The notes under the pieces were generated by a model, which saw only the letters and a list, made by a program, of their open reading frames with translations, made no database searches and had not been told where the DNA came from. Shown here piece by piece: positions 1 through 9,864 of a stretch of DNA of 64,000 nucleotides (position 1 is its first letter; each line of letters begins with the position of its first letter). The stretch covers positions 26,152-90,151 of the forward strand of contig JBFGAX010000002.1 in NCBI GenBank assembly GCA_041567895.1, in the 5' to 3' direction. The translations under genes were made by a program, and so were the position numbers. This DNA is from Acidimicrobiia bacterium. Its GTDB lineage: Bacteria; Actinomycetota; Acidimicrobiia; Spongiisociales; SHLN01.

Positions 1-530
1 GCTCGAAAGGTGGCGGCTCCTCGATTTCTGTCGATGGCCAGAAGTTCAGGAGCACCTTGAGCAGGTCGACTCCGGCCATTCCGTCGATCATGCAGTGGTG
101 CACCTTGGCAATGATCGCGAATTTGCCGTCTTCGAGTCCTTCGACGACCCACACCTCCCACAGTGGCCGAAAGCGATCGAGCTTCTGCGAGAAGATCCTG
201 GCGGCAACGTCTTGCAGCTGTTCCTCGGTGCCGGGATGCGGCAAGCTCGTGTGCCGCACGTGATAGTTGATATCGAAGTGCTCGTCGTCCACCCAGACCG
301 GATGTCCGTCAAACGGGACAGTCATGATGACCTCCCGGTATCTCGGTATGAGATGGAGCTTCGACTCGATGAAGTCACGTATCAAGCCGACATTTACGCT
401 CTTGCCATCGACGAGAGAGCCACCTTCGAAGATCATCACTCCCGCGACATGGAAGTGGGCATTGCGATCTTCCATGGCCAGATAGGTGGAATCGAGAAAG
501 GACAGCCGCTCATAAAAGGTATCAGTCATG
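1..530 (-). CDS. Wax ester synthase/diacylglycerol acyltransferase (WS/DGAT), N-terminal part; gene runs off the window start
   Basis: Reverse-strand translation MTDTFYERLSFLDSTYLAMEDRNAHFHVAGVMIFEG...HHCMIDGMAG carries the HHxxxDG acyltransferase motif. ATG is at complement 528-530. No stop inside the window, so it is absent from the ORF track. Confidence 0.8.
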
Positions 531-656
531 GGTCCCAACGGTAGCGCTCATACTCGACGATGGACGAACGAGAGTCACACGGCGGAATGAAACATTCCTC
601 AAGCGCCCCGATTTGGGTTCCGATACCGGTATCTGAACGTACTGAAGGACCTTGCT

Positions 657-1511
657 ATGAGGCTGCGAGCAATCGCTGGACTACTAACGCTCACCCTCGT
701 TGCCGCGGCGTGCTCCGGCGCAGCGAGCGACGAAGAGCCGACTGATGAACCGGTAGTGGCCGAGCTGCCTGCCACTCAGACCGTGGAGGACATGCCCCTC
801 GCAGATGCGACGTCATCCACGATGATCCCCACGACCACCCTCGCGCGGTACCCGTCCGACTATTCAGGTGTCTCCGACCTGGGTGGGGAAGCTGGCGCAA
901 TTCCACAGGCTTATCTGGACCGCTCCGTCCAGATCGAGGTCATCCAGGAGATGGTCACGGCCCAGGTCCAACACGACTGGGACGTCGTATACGACATGGC
1001 CACACCAGCCCATCGGGATCTCTGCCCCTTCGAGAAGTTTGAATCGCTGACTGCCGGCATGGACGAGCGTGAGGTCGAAGTGGCCTTTGGGGACATGAAG
1101 GTCTCGCAAGGGAACGATGCCGTGTATGCGGATTTCAATCTCTTCGCTACAACGGAGCAGTTGCCTGTCGGATTCCGCGTCGCCACGGCCCCCGAGCTCA
1201 TGACGAACCGGGTTGTACCGTCGGAAAACACCAGCGTCCTACTCGGTGAGCTCACAGCGTCGGGTTTCCCTCACGAGCTACTCGTCGTCGAGTCCTTCGG
1301 GATCGAAGGCGTCGTGGCACACGTGGGTGGTCAAATGCTCGCCATCGAAAACGGACGGTTGATGATGGCGGAGAACCCATGCCTGGTTGCCGAGCTGGCG
1401 GCCAAGACGACTGGTGGGTTGTCCATGTGGGTGTATCCAACCATCGATCCCGTCGAAGACCCGGCTGCTGCTGAGGCCGCAGCAGATGCTGAGACCACTA
1501 CGCCCGAGTGA
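657..1511 (+). CDS. Hypothetical secreted lipoprotein
   Basis: N-terminal signal peptide with lipobox LVAAAC-S; 284 aa; no catalytic motif recognised. Confidence 0.55.
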   Translation: MRLRAIAGLLTLTLVAAACSGAASDEEPTDEPVVAELPATQTVEDMPLADATSSTMIPTTTLARYPSDYSGVSDLGGEAGAIPQAYLDRSVQIEVIQEMVTAQVQHDWDVVYDMATPAHRDLCPFEKFESLTAGMDEREVEVAFGDMKVSQGNDAVYADFNLFATTEQLPVGFRVATAPELMTNRVVPSENTSVLLGELTASGFPHELLVVESFGIEGVVAHVGGQMLAIENGRLMMAENPCLVAELAAKTTGGLSMWVYPTIDPVEDPAAAEAAADAETTTPE

Positions 1512-1529
1512 TCGTTAGTCTCACCATCC

Positions 1530-2741
1530 GTGAGCACCAACGACAAAACCGACGAGCATCCCCAAGAGCAGACGAGAGTTCGCGAAGCTGTTGAACGACT
1601 TCTAGCCGACCACCCTCCCGAAACCACTGACGATCGCGACTTCTGGGCCGCTCAGTTCGATGCCGGTTTGGCGTGGGTCCATTTTCCAGGAGGAAATGGC
1701 GGACTGGGAGTGAGCCCCGCCCACCAGACGCTCGTGTCGAGCATGCTCGACGATGCTGGAGCTTCGCAGCGAAATCGGCTCGTGAATATTCTGGGCATCG
1801 GGATGGGTGCTCCTGTCATCAACACCTTCGGAACCGATCAGCAAAAGCGGATGTTGAGACCAATGTTCATCGTCGATGAGATCTGGTGCCAGATGTTCAG
1901 CGAACCCGGCGCAGGGTCTGATGTTGCAGCCCTCTCAACCCGTGCCGTGAAAGACGGCGATGAATGGATCGTCAACGGCCAGAAGGTGTGGACCACCCTC
2001 GGTCATTTGGCCAAGTGGGGCATGCTCGTGGCGAGAACCGATCCGGATGTACCAAAGCACAAGGGACTCACCTATTTCCTGATCGACATGGAATCACCGG
2101 GTGTCGAGGTTCGACCGCTTCGGCAAATCACCGGTGAGGCCGAATTCAACGAGGTGTACTTCACAGACGCCCGCATCCCGGACTCGATGAGAGTTGGCGA
2201 CGTGGGAGATGGCTGGCGAGTGGCGATCGCTACCTTGATGAACGAGCGGGTCGCTATCGGAGGAAACGTGACACCTCGCGAGTCGGGTTCGATCGGCGAC
2301 GTCATGAAGGTTTGGAAAGAGCGTAGGCCAAACGATTCGGGCAAGCGTGACGAACTCATGAAACTGTGGATCGAAGCCGAAGCCATGCGGCTGACGACGA
2401 TCAGGGCTGGTCAGGCTCGGGAGGCGGGTACCCCTGGTCCGGAGGGATCGACCGGCAAGCTTCATTGGGCAGAAGCAAACAAACGAATCTACGAATTCGG
2501 CATGGAGCTATTGGGGGCCGACGCCATGCTGTTCACCGATTATTCATACCGCGTTCCAAGCGCTGAGCAGCGGCGTGAGGAGAAAGACATCCGTGAGAAG
2601 TTTCTGCGGTCGCGAGCCAATTCGATTGAGGGTGGCACGACCCAGATCATGAAGAACATTCTCGGTGAGCGCGTGCTGGGTCTTCCCGGCGAACCTCGCG
2701 TAGATAAAGACCTGCCCTGGAACGAAGTCCCACGCAGCTAG
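1530..2741 (+). CDS. Acyl-CoA dehydrogenase
   Basis: GTG start. ACAD-type N/middle/C domain pattern (MFSEPGAGSDVAAL..., DEWIVNGQKVWTT...). Confidence 0.85.
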   Translation: MSTNDKTDEHPQEQTRVREAVERLLADHPPETTDDRDFWAAQFDAGLAWVHFPGGNGGLGVSPAHQTLVSSMLDDAGASQRNRLVNILGIGMGAPVINTFGTDQQKRMLRPMFIVDEIWCQMFSEPGAGSDVAALSTRAVKDGDEWIVNGQKVWTTLGHLAKWGMLVARTDPDVPKHKGLTYFLIDMESPGVEVRPLRQITGEAEFNEVYFTDARIPDSMRVGDVGDGWRVAIATLMNERVAIGGNVTPRESGSIGDVMKVWKERRPNDSGKRDELMKLWIEAEAMRLTTIRAGQAREAGTPGPEGSTGKLHWAEANKRIYEFGMELLGADAMLFTDYSYRVPSAEQRREEKDIREKFLRSRANSIEGGTTQIMKNILGERVLGLPGEPRVDKDLPWNEVPRS

Positions 2742-3432
2742 TCAAAAAGCTGGGGAATGATGTCGCCTGCGTTTCCGATGAGTTCGATTCCAACCCCGAG
2801 GTCAAGTGGCTCGAGGTTGACGACGACGATCTTCGCTCCTGATCGGTGCGCAGTTTCGATGAGGCCGGCCGCCGGATAAACGACCGCGCTGGTACCGACA
2901 ACGAGCATCACGTCCGCCTCGTATGCAGCCGATTCCGCGGCTTCCACAACGCGTTCTGGCAGCATTTCACCGAACCAAACGACATCCGGCCTCATAGCAG
3001 CGCCGCACTCGGGACAGTGATATAACCCCGTTCGGGTCGCAGCGACGACGTGTCCGCATCCGGCATGGCATCTGTCTCTGGTGATGGTGCCATGGAGGTG
3101 GAGGACGCCGGTCGCGCCGGCCGCTTCCAGAAGCCCGTCGACGTTCTGTGTCATGTGGATCATGTTCGATTGCGCCGCCAGAGCCAGATGAGCACGATTT
3201 GGTTTGGCAGAGGCGTTTGCCCGGCGCCGGGCGTTGTACCACGCCACGACCCGGTCCGGATCGTTCGAAAAGCCCTCCGGTGTGGCCATCTGCTGAGGAT
3301 CGATCTTGGCCCAGACGCCGTCAGGATCCCGGAAGGTGGCGATACCGGACTCGGCAGACAAGCCCGCCCCCGAGAATGACACCGGGCGGCTGGCTGTCGC
3401 CAGCCACGCCCTGGCTGTGGAGATATCGGTCA
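2738..3432 (-). CDS. cobB: NAD-dependent protein deacylase (sirtuin, CobB/Sir2 family)
   Basis: GAGLSAESGIATFRD, Zn-ribbon CxxC...CxxC, GTSAVVYPAAGL motifs. Alternative upstream start at 3445. Confidence 0.85.
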
Positions 3433-3487
3433 TGGGCGCCCACACTATCGGGCACCGACGCCTGGCCCCTACCGGTAACGTGGCCCG

Positions 3488-3931
3488 GTGCGCAAGGCTG
3501 TCCTATTTCGATCCGTGATCAGATTGCTGGACGAAGGAAGCGAGGTGATCGAGGCCGTTTACATGTGGAAACGGCACCGTCACGTGGTGCCATTCGCCGG
3601 AGTCACGTTTGTCGGCATGGTTTTGCTTTCTGGTTGGCTGGGTTGGGAGGATTGGGCGACCAGAATCGTCATCGGGCTGGCGGCTACTGCGGTCGCCGTT
3701 GCCGCGTCGACCGACTACAAGGTTTTGGCCAGCACTTCGAGCGGTCTTTACCTGCTCGATGCGAGCCGTATCCGCCAGACTGCGAAAGCTATGGGGAGAC
3801 GTCTTCCACCGGGTACCGAAATCAAGCAGGCAGGCGGGACCATGCTCGCAGTGGACTGGGAGGTAGACGGCTCCCTGTACACGGTTCCGAAATCTTCTGA
3901 GCGAGCAATGAACCGGATTGCGGGGAGCTGA
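3488..3931 (+). CDS. Hypothetical membrane protein
   Basis: GTG-start ORF with two predicted TM helices; no homology recognised; start uncertain. Confidence 0.35.
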   Translation: MRKAVLFRSVIRLLDEGSEVIEAVYMWKRHRHVVPFAGVTFVGMVLLSGWLGWEDWATRIVIGLAATAVAVAASTDYKVLASTSSGLYLLDASRIRQTAKAMGRRLPPGTEIKQAGGTMLAVDWEVDGSLYTVPKSSERAMNRIAGS

Positions 3932-3932
3932 G

Positions 3933-4669
3933 TCACAGTCCTTGGAGTCGCGAGAGGGCCGGGTCACATACAAAACTCCGGGTTGGTCCGCCGTCGCCCG
4001 TCGCTCGAGTCAGGAATGCGGCGATTTCGGCGCTGGCGGTGGCCCAGGTCGAGACGCCTTCTTTGCCGGTTGCGAAAACCAACCCGATCAGCCGGTCTTC
4101 TGTGTTGTATACACCGGCTCCGGAGTCCCCCGTAGTAGTTCTTGCATCGAGTTCGTATCCGAGGCGAGTAAAGCGGTCGGATCCGAGGATTTCCTCAATC
4201 GAAAGCGAGACTGCCGCTCTCACGGTGAACGGTACCGTGCCGGAGGAAGCGGCGCCCTCGATGAAGCCAGACGCTCCCACTCCTGCGGACGCGAGCAACA
4301 CATCATCGAAACCTGTGGGTGGCACGAGTAGCAGTGCGAGATCCTTTTCGAGGTCGACAGCGGTGACATGGGCATGAACCGACTCGCCACTCGTCAATGT
4401 GATTTGGATCTCGTCTGCCCGGGCCACGAGGTGTGCGACCGTGAGGATGAGTTCATCTGCAACAGCTACCCCGGAACCAATGCGACCCGACGCGAACCCG
4501 CACCCACTGGTCTCCAAGCGGACTGCTCGTAGTGCCGGATCGTCTGCCAGGTCCGATCCGGTACGGGTATCAACGAGTTGAATCGGCCCGCACCCGCCAA
4601 CCAGCAGCATCGCCGCTAACCAGGGGGCGAGGCAGCCGGACCGATTTCGAAGAATGCTCCACATGGCCA
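3933..4669 (-). CDS. Trypsin-like (S1 family) serine protease, probable lipoprotein
   Basis: GDSGAG serine-protease motif, Ser/His/Asp context, N-terminal signal with lipobox LLVGGC. Start chosen at MAMWSIL (complement 4667-4669). Confidence 0.7.
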
Positions 4670-4719
4670 TATGTTGTAACGTGAGGAAGCTAACCCGTTG
4701 AAATGTAGGAGGAGGTTGA

Positions 4720-5436
4720 TTGAGCGAACTCGAGCCCAAACCGGACGTTACAACGACCGCTGAAGACCTCCTCGAGGGCTTGACCAAGGCTCGCGAAGCG
4801 GAGCCCCTAGACGTGCCGGGAGGCTTGCAGGGATTCTTGTATCACTTGCGACGCGGTATCGAAGCCATCACCACTGTGACTGGAAAGGCGTCCTGGGTGC
4901 TGGCGTGGGTCGTGTTTGTTCTCGGATTCTTCAATGTCGTCACGAGGTATGTGGCGCGGTTCATCCAGCGCGACATCATCGTCGGCGAGGTGTTTGATCT
5001 CCAATGGATGTTGTTCGGTGCGCTGTTTCTGCTCGGTCTCAACTATGGCGTCCGGGAGGGTGTCAACCCCCGAATCGACTTCTGGTGGGCCAACTTCTCG
5101 AATAAGAGAAAAGCGATCATCGACCTGATCGTTCACATATTTCTCTTCTTCCCGTTTCTGATACTCGCGATCAAAACGCTCTGGAGCTGGTCTCTCTCCG
5201 GCATGGGCAGGTCATTTGACGGGAGCTGGTCGACGTGGAGAGTCTGGGAAATATGGGAACAGTCGACTGATGCCGGTGGTCTGCCCCGTGGCCCGATCAA
5301 GCTGCTGATTTTGATTGGATTCATATTGATGGCGAGTCAAATCGTGGCAGAGATCATCAAGCAGATCCTGGTGTTGATGGACCGTGAGGATCTGGCGGGC
5401 GTGGCCGCCATCGAAGCCCCACTGCGGGTGGAGTAG
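4720..5436 (+). CDS. dctQ: TRAP transporter small permease (DctQ family)
   Basis: TTG start preceded by AGGAGGAGG RBS; 4-TM DctQ-like profile; directly precedes dctM. Confidence 0.75.
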   Translation: MSELEPKPDVTTTAEDLLEGLTKAREAEPLDVPGGLQGFLYHLRRGIEAITTVTGKASWVLAWVVFVLGFFNVVTRYVARFIQRDIIVGEVFDLQWMLFGALFLLGLNYGVREGVNPRIDFWWANFSNKRKAIIDLIVHIFLFFPFLILAIKTLWSWSLSGMGRSFDGSWSTWRVWEIWEQSTDAGGLPRGPIKLLILIGFILMASQIVAEIIKQILVLMDREDLAGVAAIEAPLRVE

Positions 5437-5439
5437 AGA

Positions 5440-6846
5440 GTGGATCTCGGCGTCGCGCTTTCGATGGCGATGTTTGTGATCTTCATCGGGTTGATTCTGA
5501 TCGGCTACAACGTCGCGTTCTCGTTTGCAGCGACTGCGCTTCTGTTTTCTTTCATCGGCGACCTGGCAGGTGTGTTCGATCCGACATCTCTCAACGTTCT
5601 GCCCGGCCGATGGTTCGGAGCCGTGTCCGATTCGACACTTCTCGCTGTGCCCTTTTTTGTTCTCATGGGTGCGATTCTCGAGCGATCAGGCCTCGCAGAA
5701 CGTTTGCTGACAGCTATCGGAATGCTGCTCGGTCCACTCAAGGGTGGAGTCGCCGCAGCAGTGATTCTGGTGGGAACACTCCTGGCGGCTGCGACCGGCG
5801 TCGTGGCAGCGACCGTCATCGTGATGGGACTGCTTTCGCTGCCAACCATGGTGCGCCTTGGCTACGACCACAAGCTGGCGACCGGCGCCATCATCGCGTC
5901 CGGAACGCTGGCACAGCTCCTACCGCCGAGTCTCGTGCTGATTCTCCTCGCACAGCAGATGGGGGTCGGGATCCTCGGATTGTTTGCCGGTGCCCTGATC
6001 CCGGGACTGATGCTCAGCGGGTTGTATGTTGCCTACGCACTCGGCGTTTCGTATGTTCGGCCAGGTGTCGGCCCGGCAATGCCTGTTGCGGAGCGGACCC
6101 TCACCGGCAAAGTGCTCGCGCTCGAAGTGCTTTTCTCAGTTGTTCCGATCATCCTGCTGATCGTCGGCGTGTTGTTCTCTATTTTCCAGGGAATCGCCAC
6201 GCCTTCCGAATCCGGAGCCGTCGGCGTGTTTGGCGCTCTGGTGCTGGCGGTGCTGGCCTTTCAATTCGACAAAGTGCTTGTCCGGGCCGGAGCGACGCAC
6301 GTAGTGCCGCGCTGGAGGTTGACGCGCAAAGCGTTGAGAGAGGCCGCTCGATCAACGGCGAACGTGAGCATCCTCGTCATGACGCTGTTGTTTGCGTCGT
6401 CGTTCTTCTCCCTCATGTTTTTACGGCTCGGTGGGTCCGATGCAACGGCGGACTTCCTCGCGGGGATCGGGGGAGGCAAGACCGGCTTCGTTCTCGTGGC
6501 GATGGTCGCTGTGTTCCTGCTCGGGATCAATCTGGAGTTTCTCGAGATCACGTTCATCGTCGTACCGATCTTTCTGCCTGCCATGGATGCGCTCGGATTC
6601 ACTGTCCAGGAAAAGATCTGGTTCACCGTTCTGATGGCGGTGAATCTGAACATGGCGTTCATATCACCACCCGTTGGCTTCTCCCTCTTCTATCTGCAGT
6701 CAGTCGCGCCCCCGGAGGTAAAGACTGCTGACATTCACAAGGGTGCAATTCCGTTCATGGTGCTGCAGGGCGTTGCATTGCTGCTGCTCGGATTTTTTCC
6801 TGGCATCGTGCAGACGTCGTTTGACCTATTCGTTCCTGGTGGGTGA
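5440..6846 (+). CDS. dctM: TRAP transporter large permease (DctM family)
   Basis: 468 aa polytopic membrane protein with typical DctM N-terminus (MDLGVALSMAMFVIFIGLIL...); GTG start 4 nt after the dctQ stop. Confidence 0.9.
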   Translation: MDLGVALSMAMFVIFIGLILIGYNVAFSFAATALLFSFIGDLAGVFDPTSLNVLPGRWFGAVSDSTLLAVPFFVLMGAILERSGLAERLLTAIGMLLGPLKGGVAAAVILVGTLLAAATGVVAATVIVMGLLSLPTMVRLGYDHKLATGAIIASGTLAQLLPPSLVLILLAQQMGVGILGLFAGALIPGLMLSGLYVAYALGVSYVRPGVGPAMPVAERTLTGKVLALEVLFSVVPIILLIVGVLFSIFQGIATPSESGAVGVFGALVLAVLAFQFDKVLVRAGATHVVPRWRLTRKALREAARSTANVSILVMTLLFASSFFSLMFLRLGGSDATADFLAGIGGGKTGFVLVAMVAVFLLGINLEFLEITFIVVPIFLPAMDALGFTVQEKIWFTVLMAVNLNMAFISPPVGFSLFYLQSVAPPEVKTADIHKGAIPFMVLQGVALLLLGFFPGIVQTSFDLFVPGG

Positions 6847-6899
6847 ATTCCCACTGCCGATCCGCTAGACATAGAACCAACGATTCAGGAGGAATCCGA

Positions 6900-8123
6900 A
6901 TGCATGAGAATCCCCTAGACACACAAACCGTCGACGACAGCCAACCCGTATCACGACGCAATTTCATTAAGACAAGCGCCGGCGTTGCCGGATTTGCCGC
7001 AGCGGGATCTTTCCTGGCTGCGTGCACATCGGACCCGACTGGTGAGTCCAGCACGACGGTTGCGACCACGTTGGCCGGTGATATCACCGAAACCACCGAA
7101 GTCATCCTCTCGCAGTCGGATTTGCCGACCGTCAACTGGGAGATGGCTACGAGTTGGCCAGGATCGCTGATCGGAACCATCGGCGCCGGCGCCCAGATCT
7201 TTGCCGATGAGCTCGCGAAGATGACGGGCGGAAAATTCACCATTACGCCCCGGGTGGCGGGCGAGATCGTCGGTGGTCTCGAAGTGCTACCAACGGTGCG
7301 GGACGGCGGTGTGCAGGCCGGCCACACCGCCTCGTACTACTACACGGGACTGAGTCCGGTAACGCAGTTTGGAACTGCGGTGCCGTTCGGCCTCACATCC
7401 AGACAGCAGAATGCCTGGCTGTATGAGGGCGGGGGTCTCGACATGCTCCGTGCCTTCTATGCCGAAGAGTTCGGCCTGATCCAGTTCCCGGCCGGAAACA
7501 CCGGTGTCCAGATGGGCGGTTGGTTCACCAAAGAGATCAATTCGGTTGCAGACCTGCAGGGCTTGAAAATGCGGATTCCGGGTCTTGCCGGGCGCACCTT
7601 CAACAACCTTGGTGCCGAACAGGTAACCGTTGCGGGTGGCGATATCGTCGCCTCGATCGAGACCGGCGCGATCGACGCCGCAGAATGGGTTGGTCCATAC
7701 GACGACATAATCCTCGGCATGACCCAGCTCGGAAGCCAGCTGTTCTATTACCACCCTGGTTGGTGGGAGCCCGGTTCCAGCCTCGAAGTGCAATTGCCGT
7801 TGACGCTGTGGAATGAGTTGCCAGAGGAGTACAAGGCAGCCGTTGAGAACGCTGCGAAGGCTGCCAATATCGGAACGATGGCCAAATACGATGTGCTCAA
7901 CTCCGAGTCGTTGCCTGACATCAAGAACGTCGCCGAGATTCGAGAGTTTCCCGACGACGTACTTACGGCATTCAAGAACGATTTCGAGACCGTTCTCGAT
8001 GATGTGGCGGGATCGGACGGGGCGTTCGCAGAGATTCTGGCACCGTGGCGCCAGTTCCGCGACGCGATCCAGGAATGGCACTCGCTGGCAGAATCGTCCA
8101 TGTTGCGAGCCGCTCTGCTCTGA
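6900..8123 (+). CDS. dctP: TRAP transporter solute-binding protein, Tat-signal lipoprotein
   Basis: ATG at 6900 with CAGGAGGAA RBS; twin-arginine motif RRNFIKTSAGVAG followed by lipobox AAC; DctP-like body. Confidence 0.8.
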   Translation: MHENPLDTQTVDDSQPVSRRNFIKTSAGVAGFAAAGSFLAACTSDPTGESSTTVATTLAGDITETTEVILSQSDLPTVNWEMATSWPGSLIGTIGAGAQIFADELAKMTGGKFTITPRVAGEIVGGLEVLPTVRDGGVQAGHTASYYYTGLSPVTQFGTAVPFGLTSRQQNAWLYEGGGLDMLRAFYAEEFGLIQFPAGNTGVQMGGWFTKEINSVADLQGLKMRIPGLAGRTFNNLGAEQVTVAGGDIVASIETGAIDAAEWVGPYDDIILGMTQLGSQLFYYHPGWWEPGSSLEVQLPLTLWNELPEEYKAAVENAAKAANIGTMAKYDVLNSESLPDIKNVAEIREFPDDVLTAFKNDFETVLDDVAGSDGAFAEILAPWRQFRDAIQEWHSLAESSMLRAALL

Positions 8124-8140
8124 GAGAAACGATTGAATAG

Positions 8141-8174
8141 AAAAGGCGGGTGGATGGATCCACCCGCCTTTTCT
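8141..8174. terminator. Bidirectional intrinsic terminator hairpin after the TRAP operon
   Basis: aaaaGGCGGGTGGAT-gg-ATCCACCCGCCtttt: perfect 11-bp GC-rich stem flanked by an A-tract and a T-tract. Confidence 0.65.
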
Positions 8175-8185
8175 ATTGTCAGGCC

Positions 8186-8833
8186 ATGCGGTTCACGATG
8201 GAATACTGGCCGGGGATCGCGAATGGTTCGGTGACAGTTGCTTTCCGGAGATGGAAACGGCCAACTGTGGTTGCCGGGCGGACGTATCGGACGGGAGGTG
8301 GTCGGGTTGAGGTACTCGACGTGTCTACAACCGATCCCGATCGCATCAGCCGCCAAGACGTTGCCCGGACCGGCCACGCTTCAGCGGACGACGTTCGAAA
8401 ACAACTACGCGGAGAGCCCGATTGGCCGGTCTATCGCGTCGAGTTCAGATACATCGACGAACCTGATCCGAGAGACGTTCTCGCCCACTCGGCAGATCTC
8501 TCAGCTGCTGATCGCCGTGACATCGACCAGAGGCTCGCTCGACTCGATTCCGCGAGCAGACACGGACCCTGGACCCGGGACACCCTTCACCTGATTGCTC
8601 GATATCCGGAAACCCGCGCTCCGGATCTCGCGGCGATGGTCGGGCGCGAAACCCAACCCTTCAAACTGGATGTGCGAAAGCTCAAGAATCTCGGCCTGAC
8701 GTTGAGCTTCAATCCGGGATATCGGCTTTCTCCGCGAGGAGCGGCATACCTCGATGTCCCGTATCAGGCGAGGTCCAACCCGGAGCGTACCAAACCGCCA
8801 GGCTCTCCACCGGCCGGGTCTGAACGCGCCTGA
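8186..8833 (+). CDS. Conserved hypothetical protein
   Basis: 216-aa ORF (ATG 8186, in frame with ORF 8150-8833); basic N-terminal beta-rich region; no motif assignable. Confidence 0.4.
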   Translation: MRFTMEYWPGIANGSVTVAFRRWKRPTVVAGRTYRTGGGRVEVLDVSTTDPDRISRQDVARTGHASADDVRKQLRGEPDWPVYRVEFRYIDEPDPRDVLAHSADLSAADRRDIDQRLARLDSASRHGPWTRDTLHLIARYPETRAPDLAAMVGRETQPFKLDVRKLKNLGLTLSFNPGYRLSPRGAAYLDVPYQARSNPERTKPPGSPPAGSERA

Positions 8834-8841
8834 GTGTTTCT

Positions 8842-9864
8842 TCACGATTCGGCTGAACCCTCGCGGCGCCCGCCTGCTTCAGTATCGTCATCGATACGAT
8901 CGTGGGCATACAACGCCCAGGCAAATCCCCCGTGCTCGGCCGCCAAACCGAGTTCCCAGCCCGGGGTTTGACCAGGGCTTCGCCACAGGAGCCAACGGGC
9001 ACTCTGATGAGCCGCCGACAGCTCGCTGGGATCGACATCGAGCAGCGTCGAAGCTGCATACCAGGCATGTGAGCGTCCCACGGGGTTTCCTCTTCTGGTG
9101 CCGTAAGCTCCGCCGCTGGCCGCAGCCCACGTCATGTGGCTGAGCGCTATGTCGAACTGCACATCACTACCTTCGGCGGCCGAGGCGCCGAGCGCCGCGA
9201 TGGCAGCTTCGGCGGTTCCTTCGATGGAGATGATGCCAACCGCTCCATTTGACTGATCTACCCACGGACGAACGAGTTCGAAGAGAGCGTCTTCGGATTC
9301 GACGTCCTCCATCACGTCTGCGTCCTCTACGAGTTGCAACGTTGCAGCGGTTACCGGCGGAGGAGTCGGGAAGTCGGCTCCGTCCGGCCGGTACTCGGCG
9401 GGCGGATATGTCGGCTCCCATTCCTCAACGGCCAGGGGTGTGACGAGCGGTGAGCCGTCGGCTTCCTCTTCCGCAACAACATCGCCCCTCAGCGCCCGTT
9501 CGTGGGCAACCATCATACGAATGCGGCCCGGTTCCAGCCACGGTTCGAGATCCGCCCACGTGTGCGTGGAGGCCATGACTTCCCACAGGGGACCGAGCGT
9601 GCTGCGACCTGCGCCTTCCTCGACCACCGATGCTGCGAGGGGTGCCGGCGCGTCGAGCGCCATCCGGTACTCCACGTACTGCGTTACGCCCCCCAGTTGT
9701 TTCCCGCGCTCGATGGCGGCACGACACCGGATCCCTGTTTCGAGCACCTCGGCCCAGTCGCGGTCCTTCACCCGCAGGTCGACGTGTCGGAGAAGTCCGG
9801 CAATGTCGCTGGCCTCGACGAGGTCGCGCAGGTTCATCGGCGGCGGCGGCGCTGAGCTCCCCAC
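8842..9864 (-). CDS. Hypothetical acidic protein
   Basis: 340-aa ORF overlapping the stop of the upstream DEAD-box helicase by 30 nt, suggesting co-transcription; no recognisable domain. Confidence 0.45.
   Translation of the reverse strand: MGSSAPPPPMNLRDLVEASDIAGLLRHVDLRVKDRDWAEVLETGIRCRAAIERGKQLGGVTQYVEYRMALDAPAPLAASVVEEGAGRSTLGPLWEVMASTHTWADLEPWLEPGRIRMMVAHERALRGDVVAEEEADGSPLVTPLAVEEWEPTYPPAEYRPDGADFPTPPPVTAATLQLVEDADVMEDVESEDALFELVRPWVDQSNGAVGIISIEGTAEAAIAALGASAAEGSDVQFDIALSHMTWAAASGGAYGTRRGNPVGRSHAWYAASTLLDVDPSELSAAHQSARWLLWRSPGQTPGWELGLAAEHGGFAWALYAHDRIDDDTEAGGRREGSAES

Noticed and set aside
5610-6731. 373-aa plus-strand ORF in an alternative frame of dctM
   Set aside because: Arg/Ser/Gly/Pro-rich composition typical of out-of-frame translation of high-GC coding DNA; dctM in the other frame has a clear family match.
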